Shown here one piece after another: positions 38,470-47,638 of a stretch of 64,000 nt of DNA. The first letter of the stretch is position 1; every line of letters begins with the position of its first letter. The DNA lies in assembly GCA_035714745.1 (NCBI GenBank), contig DASTLR010000008.1:7394-71393 (forward strand), given 5' to 3'. The stretch comes from Minisyncoccota bacterium. Lineage in GTDB: Bacteria; Patescibacteriota; Minisyncoccia; Phycocordibacterales; UBA6065. Made by a program: the position numbers and the translations under genes. A model generated the notes under the pieces. The model did no database searches and was not told the DNA's origin. It saw nothing but the letters and a program-made list of their open reading frames with translations.

Positions 38470-40899
38470 ATGTCCAAACGCCTCATCCTCCTCGACTCTC
38501 ACGCCATCCTCCATCGGGCGTACCACGCCCTGCCTGACTTCGCTACCTCGAAAGGCGAGGCTACGGGCGCTCTCTATGGCCTCTGCACCATGATCCTCTC
38601 GGCCGTGGAGAAGCTCAAGCCTGACTATATCGTGGCGGCCTACGACTTGCCCAAGCCGACCCATCGCCACGAGGCCTACAAGGACTACAAAGCCGGTCGG
38701 GCAAAGACCGACGACGCGCTGGTCCAGCAGATCATCCGCTCGCGCGACATCTTTGCCGCCCTCGGCATCCCTGTCTATGATAAGGAAGGCTTCGAGGCCG
38801 ACGACATCCTGGGCACCATCGTCGAGAAGACCCGTCCTCAGTGGGAGAAGAAAGGCGACCTGGAGGTCATTATCGCTTCAGGGGACATGGATACCCTGCA
38901 GCTGGTCTCGGGCGAGAAGGTGCGCGTCTATACTCTGAAGAAAGGCATCAAGGATACCATCATCTACGACGAGGAGAGCGTGCGCGAGAGGTTCGGCTTT
39001 GGGCCGGAGCTTTTGCCGGACTACAAGGGCCTGCGCGGCGATCCATCGGACAATATCATCGGCATCAAGGGCATCGGCGAAAAGACCGCCACCGCCCTCA
39101 TCACTGCTTTCGGCGGCATCGAGGGCATGTACAAGGCCCTGAAAAAAGACAAGGGATCCTTTGCCAAGAAAGCCGGCCTGACGCCGCGCCTAGTCCAGAT
39201 CATCGAAGAGGGCCAGGAGGACGCGGAATTCTCCAAGGTCCTGGCTACTATCCGCCGCGACGCGCCGATCGACTGGGCCTTGCCGGCCCAGACCTGGCGC
39301 GAGGCCATCGACGTCGAGAGGGCGACCAAGCTCTTTGCCGAGCTGGAGTTCCGCGCTATGGCGACGCGGTTAAAGCACGTCCTGGGAAGGGATGTCTTGG
39401 CAGAAGCCGAACGGAATGACTCTGCGGAGGCTTCCGCAGCGCGACGGCGCGAGGACGAGGGCCTGGTCCATCAGGACCAGAGCCCGTACTCCGCAGAGTC
39501 ATTCCGCGAGGCTGCTGTCATGCTCTGGCTGGTCAAATCCGACATGACCGACCCGTCGCCCCAGGACATCATGGAATTCACCGGCGCCAAGACCTTTGAC
39601 GAGGCGTACCAGACCCTCGCCGCCGAGGTCAAGAAGCGCGGCCTCTCGCGCGTCTGGGAAGAGATCGAGAAGCCGCTTATGCCCATCGTCGACAAGATGA
39701 AGGGGGACGGGGTGAAGATCGACGTCGCGTATCTGGAGAAGCTGGGCGCCGAATACCACAAGGAGCTGGCGACCATCGAGAAGTCTATCCATCGCATGGC
39801 CGGCGTCGAATTTAACATCGCCTCGCCGAAGCAGCTGGGGGAGGTCCTCTTCGTCAAGCTGGGCCTGAAGCCCTCGAGCGGCCGCCAAAAGAAAACGGCC
39901 GGCGGCGCCCTCTCGACCAAGGAGTCTGAGCTCGAAAAGCTGGCGGACGAGCATCCGATCATCGACGAGATCCTCAAATACCGTGAGCTGGCCAAGCTTC
40001 TGGGCACCTATATCGATACTATCCCGACCTATGTAGACGAGAACGACCGCATCCACCCGACCTCCATTCAGGCCGGCGCCGCTACCGGCCGCATGGCCAC
40101 CAAGGACCCGGCCATCCAGAACATCCCGAACCGCACCGACCTGGGCCGCCGCATCCGGAACGCCTTTATCGCCGAGAAGGGTTGGAAGCTGGTCGCCTTT
40201 GATTACTCCCAAATCGAGCTCCGCATCGCCGCCTTCCTTTCACAGGACGAGACGTTCGTCGACATCTTCCGCAGGGGAGAGGACGTCCACGCCGCCGTGG
40301 CGGCCCAGGTCTTTGGCGTGCCGGTCGATTCCGTGACCAAGGCCATGCGCTCCCAGGCAAAGGTCATAAACTTCGGCGTGATGTACGGCATGGGCGTGAC
40401 GGCCTTGCAGAAGAACATGGGCGTCGACCGCAAGGCGGCCCAAAAGTTCTACAACGACTATTTCGAGAGGTTCCACGGCCTGGCCGGCTACCTGGCCGCC
40501 GTAAAGGCCGAGGCCGCGCGCAAGGGCTATACCGAGACCTATTTCGGCCGCCGCCGCTACTTCGAGGGCCTCAGGTCAAGGCTGCCCTTCATCCGCGCCG
40601 CCGCCGAGCGCATGGCCATCAACGCGCCCATCCAGGGCACCGAGGCCGATATCGTCAAGCTGGCCATGGTCAGGATCGACGAGTACATCCGCGCGAAAAA
40701 GCTGGGCGATCAGGCCCGCATCCTCATGCAGGTGCACGACGAGATCGTCATCGAGGCCAAGGACGCCGTGGTACGGAAGATCGTTCCGGACATCAAGGAG
40801 ATCATGGAGGGCATCATCCCGCCCAAGGACATCCAGGGCATCACCATCGTCGCCGAGGCCAAAGCAGGGGAGAATTGGGGGGAGATGGAGAAGGTATAA
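38470..40899 (+). CDS. polA: DNA polymerase I (5'-3' exonuclease + polymerase, reduced proofreading region)
   Basis: EADD, SGDMD, GDPSDNI, GIGEKTA; FNIASPKQL, DYSQIELR, NAPIQGT, QVHDE. Confidence 0.97.
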   Translation: MSKRLILLDSHAILHRAYHALPDFATSKGEATGALYGLCTMILSAVEKLKPDYIVAAYDLPKPTHRHEAYKDYKAGRAKTDDALVQQIIRSRDIFAALGIPVYDKEGFEADDILGTIVEKTRPQWEKKGDLEVIIASGDMDTLQLVSGEKVRVYTLKKGIKDTIIYDEESVRERFGFGPELLPDYKGLRGDPSDNIIGIKGIGEKTATALITAFGGIEGMYKALKKDKGSFAKKAGLTPRLVQIIEEGQEDAEFSKVLATIRRDAPIDWALPAQTWREAIDVERATKLFAELEFRAMATRLKHVLGRDVLAEAERNDSAEASAARRREDEGLVHQDQSPYSAESFREAAVMLWLVKSDMTDPSPQDIMEFTGAKTFDEAYQTLAAEVKKRGLSRVWEEIEKPLMPIVDKMKGDGVKIDVAYLEKLGAEYHKELATIEKSIHRMAGVEFNIASPKQLGEVLFVKLGLKPSSGRQKKTAGGALSTKESELEKLADEHPIIDEILKYRELAKLLGTYIDTIPTYVDENDRIHPTSIQAGAATGRMATKDPAIQNIPNRTDLGRRIRNAFIAEKGWKLVAFDYSQIELRIAAFLSQDETFVDIFRRGEDVHAAVAAQVFGVPVDSVTKAMRSQAKVINFGVMYGMGVTALQKNMGVDRKAAQKFYNDYFERFHGLAGYLAAVKAEAARKGYTETYFGRRRYFEGLRSRLPFIRAAAERMAINAPIQGTEADIVKLAMVRIDEYIRAKKLGDQARILMQVHDEIVIEAKDAVVRKIVPDIKEIMEGIIPPKDIQGITIVAEAKAGENWGEMEKV
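39412..39506 (+). repeat. In-frame palindromic structured element within polA
   Basis: Perfect 18-bp inverted repeat 39412-39429/39489-39506 around a conserved junction. Confidence 0.85.
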
Positions 40900-40906
40900 T
40901 CAAGCG

Positions 40907-41626
40907 ATGCTCTACGTCATCCACGGCACCGACATCGAGAAGGCGCGCGAGAAATCGCATGCGCTGTTCGAGGCGCTCCGGGCGAAGAAGCCGGACGCTT
41001 CGGCGGGCATCGTGCGCGGCGAGGAGGTGACGCCGGAAAAGATCGAGGAGTGGACCCAGACGCAGGGATTGTTCGAGAACAAGCAGATCATCTTCCTGGA
41101 TAGGACGCTCGAGAATCCCGACATCCGCGAGGTCATGCTCGACCGGATCGACGCCATCCGGGAATCGCCGAACATCTTCATCTTCTTCGAGGGCAAGCTT
41201 ACGAAGGAAGTCCTGAAAAAGCTGGAGAAGCGCGCCGAAAAGATCACCGAATACGAGGCCGCCGCGGGCGGCACGGCGAAAAAGGATGGCTCATTCTTTG
41301 CCCTGGCCGACGCTCTGGGCTCGCGCGACAAGAGATCTCTCTGGATCCTCCTCCGCGAAGCCCTTGATCAAGACGCCGCGCCCGAGGAGATCCACGGCAT
41401 CCTCTTTTGGCAGGCAAAGTCGCTCGCTCTGGCGGCACGCTGCGCCTCGGCGGGCGAGGCCGGCCTCAATCCCTTTGTCTATGGCAAAGCCAAGCGCTTC
41501 GTCTCGAACTTCAAGCCGGGAGAGGTCGACGCCCTCCTTACGAAGCTCGTTTCCATGTATCATCGCGCCCATCGCGGCCAGGCGGATTTCGCCGTGGAGC
41601 TGGAGAAGCTGGCGCTCGATATCTAG
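40907..41626 (+). CDS. holA: DNA polymerase III delta subunit-like (short)
   Basis: MLYVIHG, TQGLF, FFALADALGSRDK, NPFVYGK patterns. Confidence 0.7.
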   Translation: MLYVIHGTDIEKAREKSHALFEALRAKKPDASAGIVRGEEVTPEKIEEWTQTQGLFENKQIIFLDRTLENPDIREVMLDRIDAIRESPNIFIFFEGKLTKEVLKKLEKRAEKITEYEAAAGGTAKKDGSFFALADALGSRDKRSLWILLREALDQDAAPEEIHGILFWQAKSLALAARCASAGEAGLNPFVYGKAKRFVSNFKPGEVDALLTKLVSMYHRAHRGQADFAVELEKLALDI

Positions 41627-41697
41627 CGGCCGCTCCGCGCCTTTTGGAGCAAGAAAAAGCCCCGCGCGATGCGGGGCCGGTAGTTCGACTCTCTTGG

Positions 41698-42075
41698 CTA
41701 GCCGTTGGCAAAGGCCGGGTCGAAAGCCGCGAAGCGCGACTTGGGCGCCGGGGCGAATCGCGGAGCGGCGGGACGGGGATAGTTCGCGGCGGTCCTCGGG
41801 AGGATCCTCCGGAAACCCCATTCTTCGATCGAGAACAGAAAATCGGTGACAGGTTCGCAGATGATCCGCTCGTTCCCGTCGGCGCCGACGATGCGGCCCT
41901 TGGCGACGCAGATACCGCCCGAGGCGACGGTGCGCTTTCGGGTGCTGCGCTCGCTCTGGGGGATGGCGTCCAGGAGGCTCCGTGACAGGGGGAATTTCTT
42001 GGAAGGATCGTCGACGTGGCAGGCCACGAGGATGTTTCCCGAGATCGCTTGTCCGCTTTCAGTGCAGCTGGTCAT
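41698..42075 (-). CDS. Hypothetical protein
   Basis: Own promoter TTGACT-17-TAGTCT at 42178-42150 and a hairpin downstream. Confidence 0.55.
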   Translation of the reverse strand: MTSCTESGQAISGNILVACHVDDPSKKFPLSRSLLDAIPQSERSTRKRTVASGGICVAKGRIVGADGNERIICEPVTDFLFSIEEWGFRRILPRTAANYPRPAAPRFAPAPKSRFAAFDPAFANG

Positions 42076-42243
42076 GGTGTGTGCTTCGAAGAGCTCGCGA
42101 TAGACCCTCGCGCAGGGTATGTTCCGTGGATGTACGGAGCAACCCGTATAGACTAGCTCCGAGGCCATAGAAAGTCAAAGCGCCATGGAAATTCTGCGGT
42201 TCTGTGGTACTATCGCGATACGACGGCGGCCGTACGGCCATAC

Positions 42244-42316
42244 CCGCCCATAGCTCAGTCGGTAGAGCAGCTCCCTTTTAAGGAGAGGGTCCCAGGTTCG
42301 ATTCCTGGTGGGCGGA
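42244..42316 (+). tRNA. tRNA-Lys(UUU), CCA not encoded
   Basis: Cloverleaf; anticodon loop CTTTTAA; GGTTCGATTCC. Confidence 0.95.
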
Positions 42317-42329
42317 CTAAGTGTTCCCT

Positions 42330-42803
42330 ATGAAGCGCCAGATCTGCATCCTCCTCCACGATATCCGCTCGGTCTACAACGTCGGGGCGATCTTTCGCAC
42401 CGCGGATGCGGTCGGCGTCTCAAAGATCTATCTGACGGGCTATTCGCCGACGCCTCTGGATCGCTTTGGCCAGCCGCGCTCTGATTTCGCCAAATGCGCC
42501 CTGGGCGCCGAGCGCTCTGTGCCGTGGGAATACGCCAAGACTCCGGACGATATCGTCGCAAGGCTCAAGGCCGATGGTTTTTCGCTCCTCTGCGTCGAAC
42601 AGGCTCCGCGATCGGTCGATTATAAAAAAGCGGAGCCGCCGGCCCGCTCGCTCGTGGTCTTTGGCAATGAGGTCGCAGGAATATCGAAAGAGTTGCTCGA
42701 GATCTGCGACGTCGTGGCCGAGATCCCTATGCGCGGCGAAAAGGAGTCGCTGAACGTCTCGGTCTCCGCCGGTATCGTCCTCTTTCGCTGGTTCGACAGA
42801 TAG
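42330..42803 (+). CDS. TrmH/SpoU RNA methyltransferase
   Basis: NVGAIFRTADA, GNEVAG, IPMRGEKESLNVSVS. Confidence 0.93.
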   Translation: MKRQICILLHDIRSVYNVGAIFRTADAVGVSKIYLTGYSPTPLDRFGQPRSDFAKCALGAERSVPWEYAKTPDDIVARLKADGFSLLCVEQAPRSVDYKKAEPPARSLVVFGNEVAGISKELLEICDVVAEIPMRGEKESLNVSVSAGIVLFRWFDR

Positions 42804-42812
42804 GCGTCCGCG

Positions 42813-43631
42813 CTAGTATGTCAGGGCGTCGACGACCTTGCCTTTGGCGTCGACGAGCTTGATGATGTCGCTCGAATCGCCCCACAGCTCGACGGTCTGG
42901 CCCAGGAATATCCTCCATTCGTTCGTGTAGAAGCCCGATTCTTCGCCGTGGCGGGCGGCGCACTCTTTGTAGGTCATCGTTCCCGAATACGCCGATTTGC
43001 GGAGGGCGGGGACGAGACGAGACGCGCCCGACAGATAGCTGCTGCAGGCGTCGACGCGGAAGTTGCCGCCCACAGGAGAGACGCCGGTCGAGACGACGAC
43101 GCGGTCTCCGGGAGCGAGCCAGATGTCCTGCTTGGCCGCCGACTGGGGCAGGGGAATAGTGCCGTCGAAATAGCCGCCTTCCAGGGTCAGGCCGGATATC
43201 TTGATAGGCGTGCTCGCTAGGCCGCTCGCCACTAGGCGCAGGTATTCGGCGTTCGGGTCCTTGGCCCGCGCTCCGGCCACGCCGTCGAACGACAGGCTGT
43301 GAGTCAGGACGGAGGTGGCGTGGATGCGCTCGGCCTCTTTCGATTTGGCGAAGAAGTTCTCGATGGCGGTCTCGGCGTGCCTGATGACTTCGGCAGGCGC
43401 GTCGGGCAGGTTGAGGGTCGCTTTTGCCGCGCTTGGCGCTCCGGCGTAGTAGCGGCCGTAGACCTCGCCGGTGTCGACCGGGGCCAGGGGCTTGATGTAC
43501 GCCCCTTCGTGAGCGCTCTGCCTATCGGCTCCGCCGTTCCAGAACCAGATGATGCCGATGACAGCCAGCCCGCCCAGGAGCCAGCCAAATTCTTCCCACA
43601 GCTTTGAAAAGAGGCCTTTGATGATATCCAT
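42813..43631 (-). CDS. Membrane-anchored hypothetical protein, lamin-tail-like domain
   Basis: TM helix; EYLRL...LAPGDRVVVSTG...DIIKLVDAKGKVVD. Confidence 0.7.
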   Translation of the reverse strand: MDIIKGLFSKLWEEFGWLLGGLAVIGIIWFWNGGADRQSAHEGAYIKPLAPVDTGEVYGRYYAGAPSAAKATLNLPDAPAEVIRHAETAIENFFAKSKEAERIHATSVLTHSLSFDGVAGARAKDPNAEYLRLVASGLASTPIKISGLTLEGGYFDGTIPLPQSAAKQDIWLAPGDRVVVSTGVSPVGGNFRVDACSSYLSGASRLVPALRKSAYSGTMTYKECAARHGEESGFYTNEWRIFLGQTVELWGDSSDIIKLVDAKGKVVDALTY

Positions 43632-43635
43632 GCCG

Positions 43636-44550
43636 CTAAGTATAGAGCTTCTGGTGGCCATCGCAATAATGTCCGCTCCTGCCGCCGACGACCAGGCGGC
43701 GGATGGTGCCGTGGCAGCCGCGCCGGCCGCAGGGCTCGCCGGTCCGGCGGTAGGCGTTATGACGGCCCTGAAAGGCGCCGCGCTCGCCATGGATGTTGCG
43801 ATAGTCTGACATCGAGTCTCCGCCGAAGTCGATGCCGCTCGCGAGCGTCTCGCGCATGGCAGAGAACATCAGAGGGAGCTTCGCGGCAGGGATGGCCCGC
43901 ACGATCGAGAGGGGATGGACGCCCGCGCGCCAAAGGATCTCGTCCGAATAGATGTTGCCGATGCCCGAGACCGTCTGGTGGTCCATGAGCACAGTCTTTA
44001 TCGGGCCCTCCGGTCGGGCAAGCAGGGCGGATTTGAAATCGGCTACAGTAAAATCCGGGTCGAGAGGCTCGGGTCCGTGCTCGGAAAGGTGGACCGATTG
44101 GGACATAGAGGCTGTCTCTACCAGGGTGACCTTGGCGAATTTGCGCATATCGCAGAGGGCCAGGCTGTAGCCGTTGGTGAAATTCAGGATGAAATGGACG
44201 AAGCGATTGAAGGGGTCGTCTCTCAATGGTCCCGGATCGGTCGCGACCCATGCTTTGCTTTTCTGCACGTACCTGCCGTACATGACGTGCCCCGTCATCT
44301 TCATATGGATGAGGATAGTCTTGCCATTCGACAGATGGATTAGCACGTTCTTGCCGCGGCGCGAGGTGTCGGCGATGATCGCTCCACGCACGGCTTTTCG
44401 GAAGCGGGCAAAGAACGCTGGGTCGGCGATGTTGTCCTTGCCGACGTGGAAGGCACTGCCATAGTCAGTCCAAGCGTCCTTGATGGTCAGGCCCAGGGCC
44501 AGCTTTTTGATGCCATTGACCGTCGTCTGTACTTCAGGCAGTTCGGGCAT
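43636..44550 (-). CDS. mutM: Formamidopyrimidine-DNA glycosylase
   Basis: MPELPEVQT, RRGK, HMKMTG, GIGNIYSDE, C-terminal zinc finger. Confidence 0.96.
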   Translation of the reverse strand: MPELPEVQTTVNGIKKLALGLTIKDAWTDYGSAFHVGKDNIADPAFFARFRKAVRGAIIADTSRRGKNVLIHLSNGKTILIHMKMTGHVMYGRYVQKSKAWVATDPGPLRDDPFNRFVHFILNFTNGYSLALCDMRKFAKVTLVETASMSQSVHLSEHGPEPLDPDFTVADFKSALLARPEGPIKTVLMDHQTVSGIGNIYSDEILWRAGVHPLSIVRAIPAAKLPLMFSAMRETLASGIDFGGDSMSDYRNIHGERGAFQGRHNAYRRTGEPCGRRGCHGTIRRLVVGGRSGHYCDGHQKLYT

Positions 44551-44627
44551 ATGGCAAAGGCTATCGCACCTTGGCCTTATTTACAAAAAAAAGAGCGCGC
44601 GGGCGCTCTTGTCGAGATGGTCGGCGG

Positions 44628-44822
44628 CTAGTGCCGCGAACGATATATCATGACGGCGACCGCCGCCGCAAAGGCGAGGGCCGCGATGAGGACGAGATAT
44701 CCCTTGCGGAAGACGGCGATGATGTCGCCCATGCCTTCGTCTGATTCGGCGTCTCGGCCGAGATGATCCTGTTCGAAATGGTCGTGGAGGGGCATTCGGG
44801 GAGGGGTGAGGGTCTGCGCCAA
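44628..44822 (-). CDS. Small membrane protein (start uncertain)
   Basis: C-terminal TM helix; fills the murE-mutM gap. Confidence 0.5.
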   Translation of the reverse strand: MAQTLTPPRMPLHDHFEQDHLGRDAESDEGMGDIIAVFRKGYLVLIAALAFAAAVAVMIYRSRH

Positions 44823-44835
44823 GACTACTCCCGCT

Positions 44836-46104
44836 TCACCGCTTCGTCAATTTCTCCAACTCCTCGCGCGCGACTGCGGCGTCGCTCCAAGGGACCTTGG
44901 TGTTCTTTGGCCCCATGATGTAGGGATCGGTGCCCTTGCCGGTGATGAGCACGGCGTCGCCTGGGCGGGCCATGCGCAGGGCGGTATGGATGGCCTCGCG
45001 GCGGTCCATGACGAGGTAGGGGGTCTTTGTGGTGATGGCGCTGGCCATGTCCGCGACGATCTTCATTGGGTCGTCGTCGTAGGGGTCCTCGTTGGTCAGG
45101 ATGATCTCGTCGCAGTCGCGCTCGGCGATGCGGGCCATCTCGTCGCGCTTCCAGACGTCGCGGCCGCCGCCTGTATTGCCCAAGACGCAGATGCGGCGCG
45201 AGCCCCGGTAGACTTTGTAAAGCTTTTCGAGCGAGTCCGGCGTGTGGGCATAGTCGACAACGACTGTGAAGTCCTGACCGGCGTCCACCTTCTCCACTCT
45301 GCCGCGGATTCCTGCCAGCTTCTCGATGGCCCGCTTGCAGGCCTCGAGCGTCACGCCGAGCTCCTGGGCCATATAGATCGCCGCTAGCTCGTTCAGTATA
45401 TTGAATTCGCCCGAGAGGTTCGAATGGATTTTCGTTCCATGCACGGTCATGTCGAAGCCCTCCTTGTGGAGCTCGTAGGGCTGGGCGTCGGCCAGGGAGT
45501 AGCCGATGCGCAGGTCGAAGTCCTTGGCCATGAAGCGAGGCGTTTCCTTGTCCTCTGCGTTCGCCACCAGGATGCGCTCAGGCTTGCGGGAGCGCGAGAC
45601 GGCCTCGGCGATGGCGAGCTTGGCCTGTACGTAGCTCTCGTACGAGCCGTGCGCCTCGATGTGCTCGGGGGCCAGGTTGGTAAAGATCAAGCCATCGAAG
45701 TCGATGAACCTATGGCGGTGCAGGGCTGCTCCCTGGGAAGTGACCTCGACGACGGCATGGCTGCAGCCCGCGTTGACGGCCCGGCGCAGGAAGCGCTGGA
45801 GGAACATGCGCCCCGGCATGGACATCTTGAAGAGGTTCTCCTCGCTCCTCTCGCCGACCTTGAAGCGGATGGTGTTCGAGAGGGCGGTCTTGTACCCGGC
45901 CTCTTCGAGGATGGCGTTCAGGATCTCGGTGACGGACGACTTGCCCTTGGTGCCCGTGACGGCGATGACGGTCAGGCGCCGCGAAGGGAAGCGATATGCC
46001 AGAGCGGCAACGAGCGCCATGGAATAGTGATAGAACGGCTGGGCCCAGGCAAAGACCTTTCGTGGTATGAGGGCGCGGACGCGGTAGAGGATGGAGTCGA
46101 GCAT
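44836..46104 (-). CDS. murE: UDP-MurNAc-tripeptide synthetase
   Basis: VTGTKGKSS, EVTSQG, TNLAPEHIE, VDYAHTPDSL, GGGRD, GKG. Confidence 0.9.
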   Translation of the reverse strand: MLDSILYRVRALIPRKVFAWAQPFYHYSMALVAALAYRFPSRRLTVIAVTGTKGKSSVTEILNAILEEAGYKTALSNTIRFKVGERSEENLFKMSMPGRMFLQRFLRRAVNAGCSHAVVEVTSQGAALHRHRFIDFDGLIFTNLAPEHIEAHGSYESYVQAKLAIAEAVSRSRKPERILVANAEDKETPRFMAKDFDLRIGYSLADAQPYELHKEGFDMTVHGTKIHSNLSGEFNILNELAAIYMAQELGVTLEACKRAIEKLAGIRGRVEKVDAGQDFTVVVDYAHTPDSLEKLYKVYRGSRRICVLGNTGGGRDVWKRDEMARIAERDCDEIILTNEDPYDDDPMKIVADMASAITTKTPYLVMDRREAIHTALRMARPGDAVLITGKGTDPYIMGPKNTKVPWSDAAVAREELEKLTKR

Positions 46105-46107
46105 GGT

Positions 46108-46674
46108 TTATTTGCCTAGGATCTTGAGGGCTTTCTTGACTCTCTCGCCAGTGTCGGTGATGGATTGATCAACTGATTTGAGGGCTTCGCGAGCCTCGGC
46201 GTGCTTGAAGCCCAGGGCTTTAAGGGCCTCTAGGGCGTCGACTTCGTCGCGGAGCGAGATGCCGTCGCTCTCTTCGCCGCCGAACTTGCCCTTGAGCTCA
46301 AGGACGATCTTGTCGGCGAGCTTCTTGCCCACGCCGGAGACCTTGGTCAGGTGAGAGGTGTCGCCGGTCGAGACGGCCTTGCGGATGTTCGCCACCGACG
46401 AGACGTTCAGGATGCCCAGGGCGGTCTTTGGCCCGATGCCCGAGACCGAGATGAGGAGCTCGAAGAAGCCGAGCTCGTCCTTTGTAGGGAAGCCGAAAAG
46501 GGTGTGGGCGTCCTCGCGCACGGCCAGGTGGGTCCAGAGGGATATCTCGCGGCCCTCGCGCGCCTGTTCGGCTGTCGCCGCTGTGACGAAGGCCTTGTAG
46601 CCGACGCCGGCCACGTCCACGACCAGGGCGCGCTCCTCCTTGTCTATGATGGTGCCTTTTATATGGGTGATCAC
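46108..46674 (-). CDS. ruvA: Holliday junction protein RuvA
   Basis: DVAGVGY, VREDAHTLFGF, VSGIGPKTAL, GVGKKLADKIVLELK. Confidence 0.96.
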   Translation of the reverse strand: MITHIKGTIIDKEERALVVDVAGVGYKAFVTAATAEQAREGREISLWTHLAVREDAHTLFGFPTKDELGFFELLISVSGIGPKTALGILNVSSVANIRKAVSTGDTSHLTKVSGVGKKLADKIVLELKGKFGGEESDGISLRDEVDALEALKALGFKHAEAREALKSVDQSITDTGERVKKALKILGK

Positions 46675-46817
46675 GCGCCCAGTATAGCAAATACCACGCA
46701 AAATACCGTCCGGAGACGGTATTTCGGGCCTGCTTCAGCTTCGATGCTGTACGGGGGCTTTCGCTCCACAGGTCTAGCAAGTATAGGGCGTCGGCAGGGC
46801 TTGAGTCGATATGAAAT

Positions 46818-46866
46818 AAGTTATTGAATTTTCTTTATCATTTCTTTATCGCTGATTTCCTAGATT
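46818..46866 (+). promoter_or_regulatory. Second copy of the tandem CTTTATC promoter motif
   Basis: 29/33 identity to 5220-5252; -10-like TAGATT at the same 10-nt spacing. Confidence 0.55.
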
Positions 46867-46914
46867 CGCCATCCTATCTATACTGGGAGGGGACGTAGAA
46901 GGAGTAGAGGCGGC

Positions 46915-47094
46915 ATGATAAGGAGGTTCAGACTCCTGCCGCTTGCCGTGGTAATCGTTCAAAGAGTCGAGCATATTTCAGAATATTCCCACAGAGGCGA
47001 CGATGAATATTGGCCTTTGGTCCGGCAGAACGTGACGGTCGTTCTGAGACGTGTCGGCAACGGCGCCACACATTTCTATAGCGTCATGGATTAG
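46915..47094 (+). CDS. 59-aa ORF, possibly a truncated gene remnant (not in ORF track)
   Basis: MIRRFRLLPLAVVIVQRVEHISEYSHRGDDEYWPLVRQNVTVVLRRVGNGATHFYSVMD; frame stays open upstream to a TAG at 46861. Confidence 0.45.
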   Translation: MIRRFRLLPLAVVIVQRVEHISEYSHRGDDEYWPLVRQNVTVVLRRVGNGATHFYSVMD

Positions 47095-47155
47095 CGCGCG
47101 GTTCAGGCCCTAAACTTGCATTTAGAGCGCTCTGCTGGTAGAGTAACCGCCACAT

Positions 47156-47419
47156 ATGGCAATCACATCTTCAGCGAAAAAGGCGCTCAGGGCTTCGAAA
47201 AAGAAGCGCGTCTTCAATATCAGGCACCGCGACGCCGTCTCTGATGTCGTCAAAGAAATCAAGAAGCTGGTGGCGGCAGGCAACAAGGGCGAGGCCATGA
47301 AGCTCCTCCCAAAGGCCTACGCAGAGCTCGACAAGGCGGCAAAGACCAATTACCTGAAAGCCAACACGGCATCCCGCAAGAAATCCCGCCTCTCGGCCCT
47401 GATCAGGAAGGCGAAATAA
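47156..47419 (+). CDS. rpsT: 30S ribosomal protein S20
   Basis: SAKKALR, LDKAAK, NTASRKKSRL. Confidence 0.96.
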   Translation: MAITSSAKKALRASKKKRVFNIRHRDAVSDVVKEIKKLVAAGNKGEAMKLLPKAYAELDKAAKTNYLKANTASRKKSRLSALIRKAK

Positions 47420-47638
47420 GAAAGCAAGAAAGCGGATCAAGGCAAGAAAAATCCCCGGCTCTCCGGGGATTTCTCTATTCAGGAATCGACCCTTACAGGG
47501 TCAGTGTCCTGTTTGGATTTTCTTTTCGCTCGGAGAGCTCAAGAAAATCTCAAACAGGCTTCTATTCCTGCACGGACGCCCGCTGGGCGTCCTCTTGAGC
47601 ACCATATGAAAAGATCCCTTGTGAGGGACCTTTTCATA

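Noticed and set aside
39430-39488. Canonical hammerhead ribozyme or 8-17 DNAzyme identity for the polA motif
   Set aside because: Topology is similar but the CUGAnGA/GAAA core is absent; resemblance to the synthetic 8-17 core (AGC...ACGA) is partial and may be chance.
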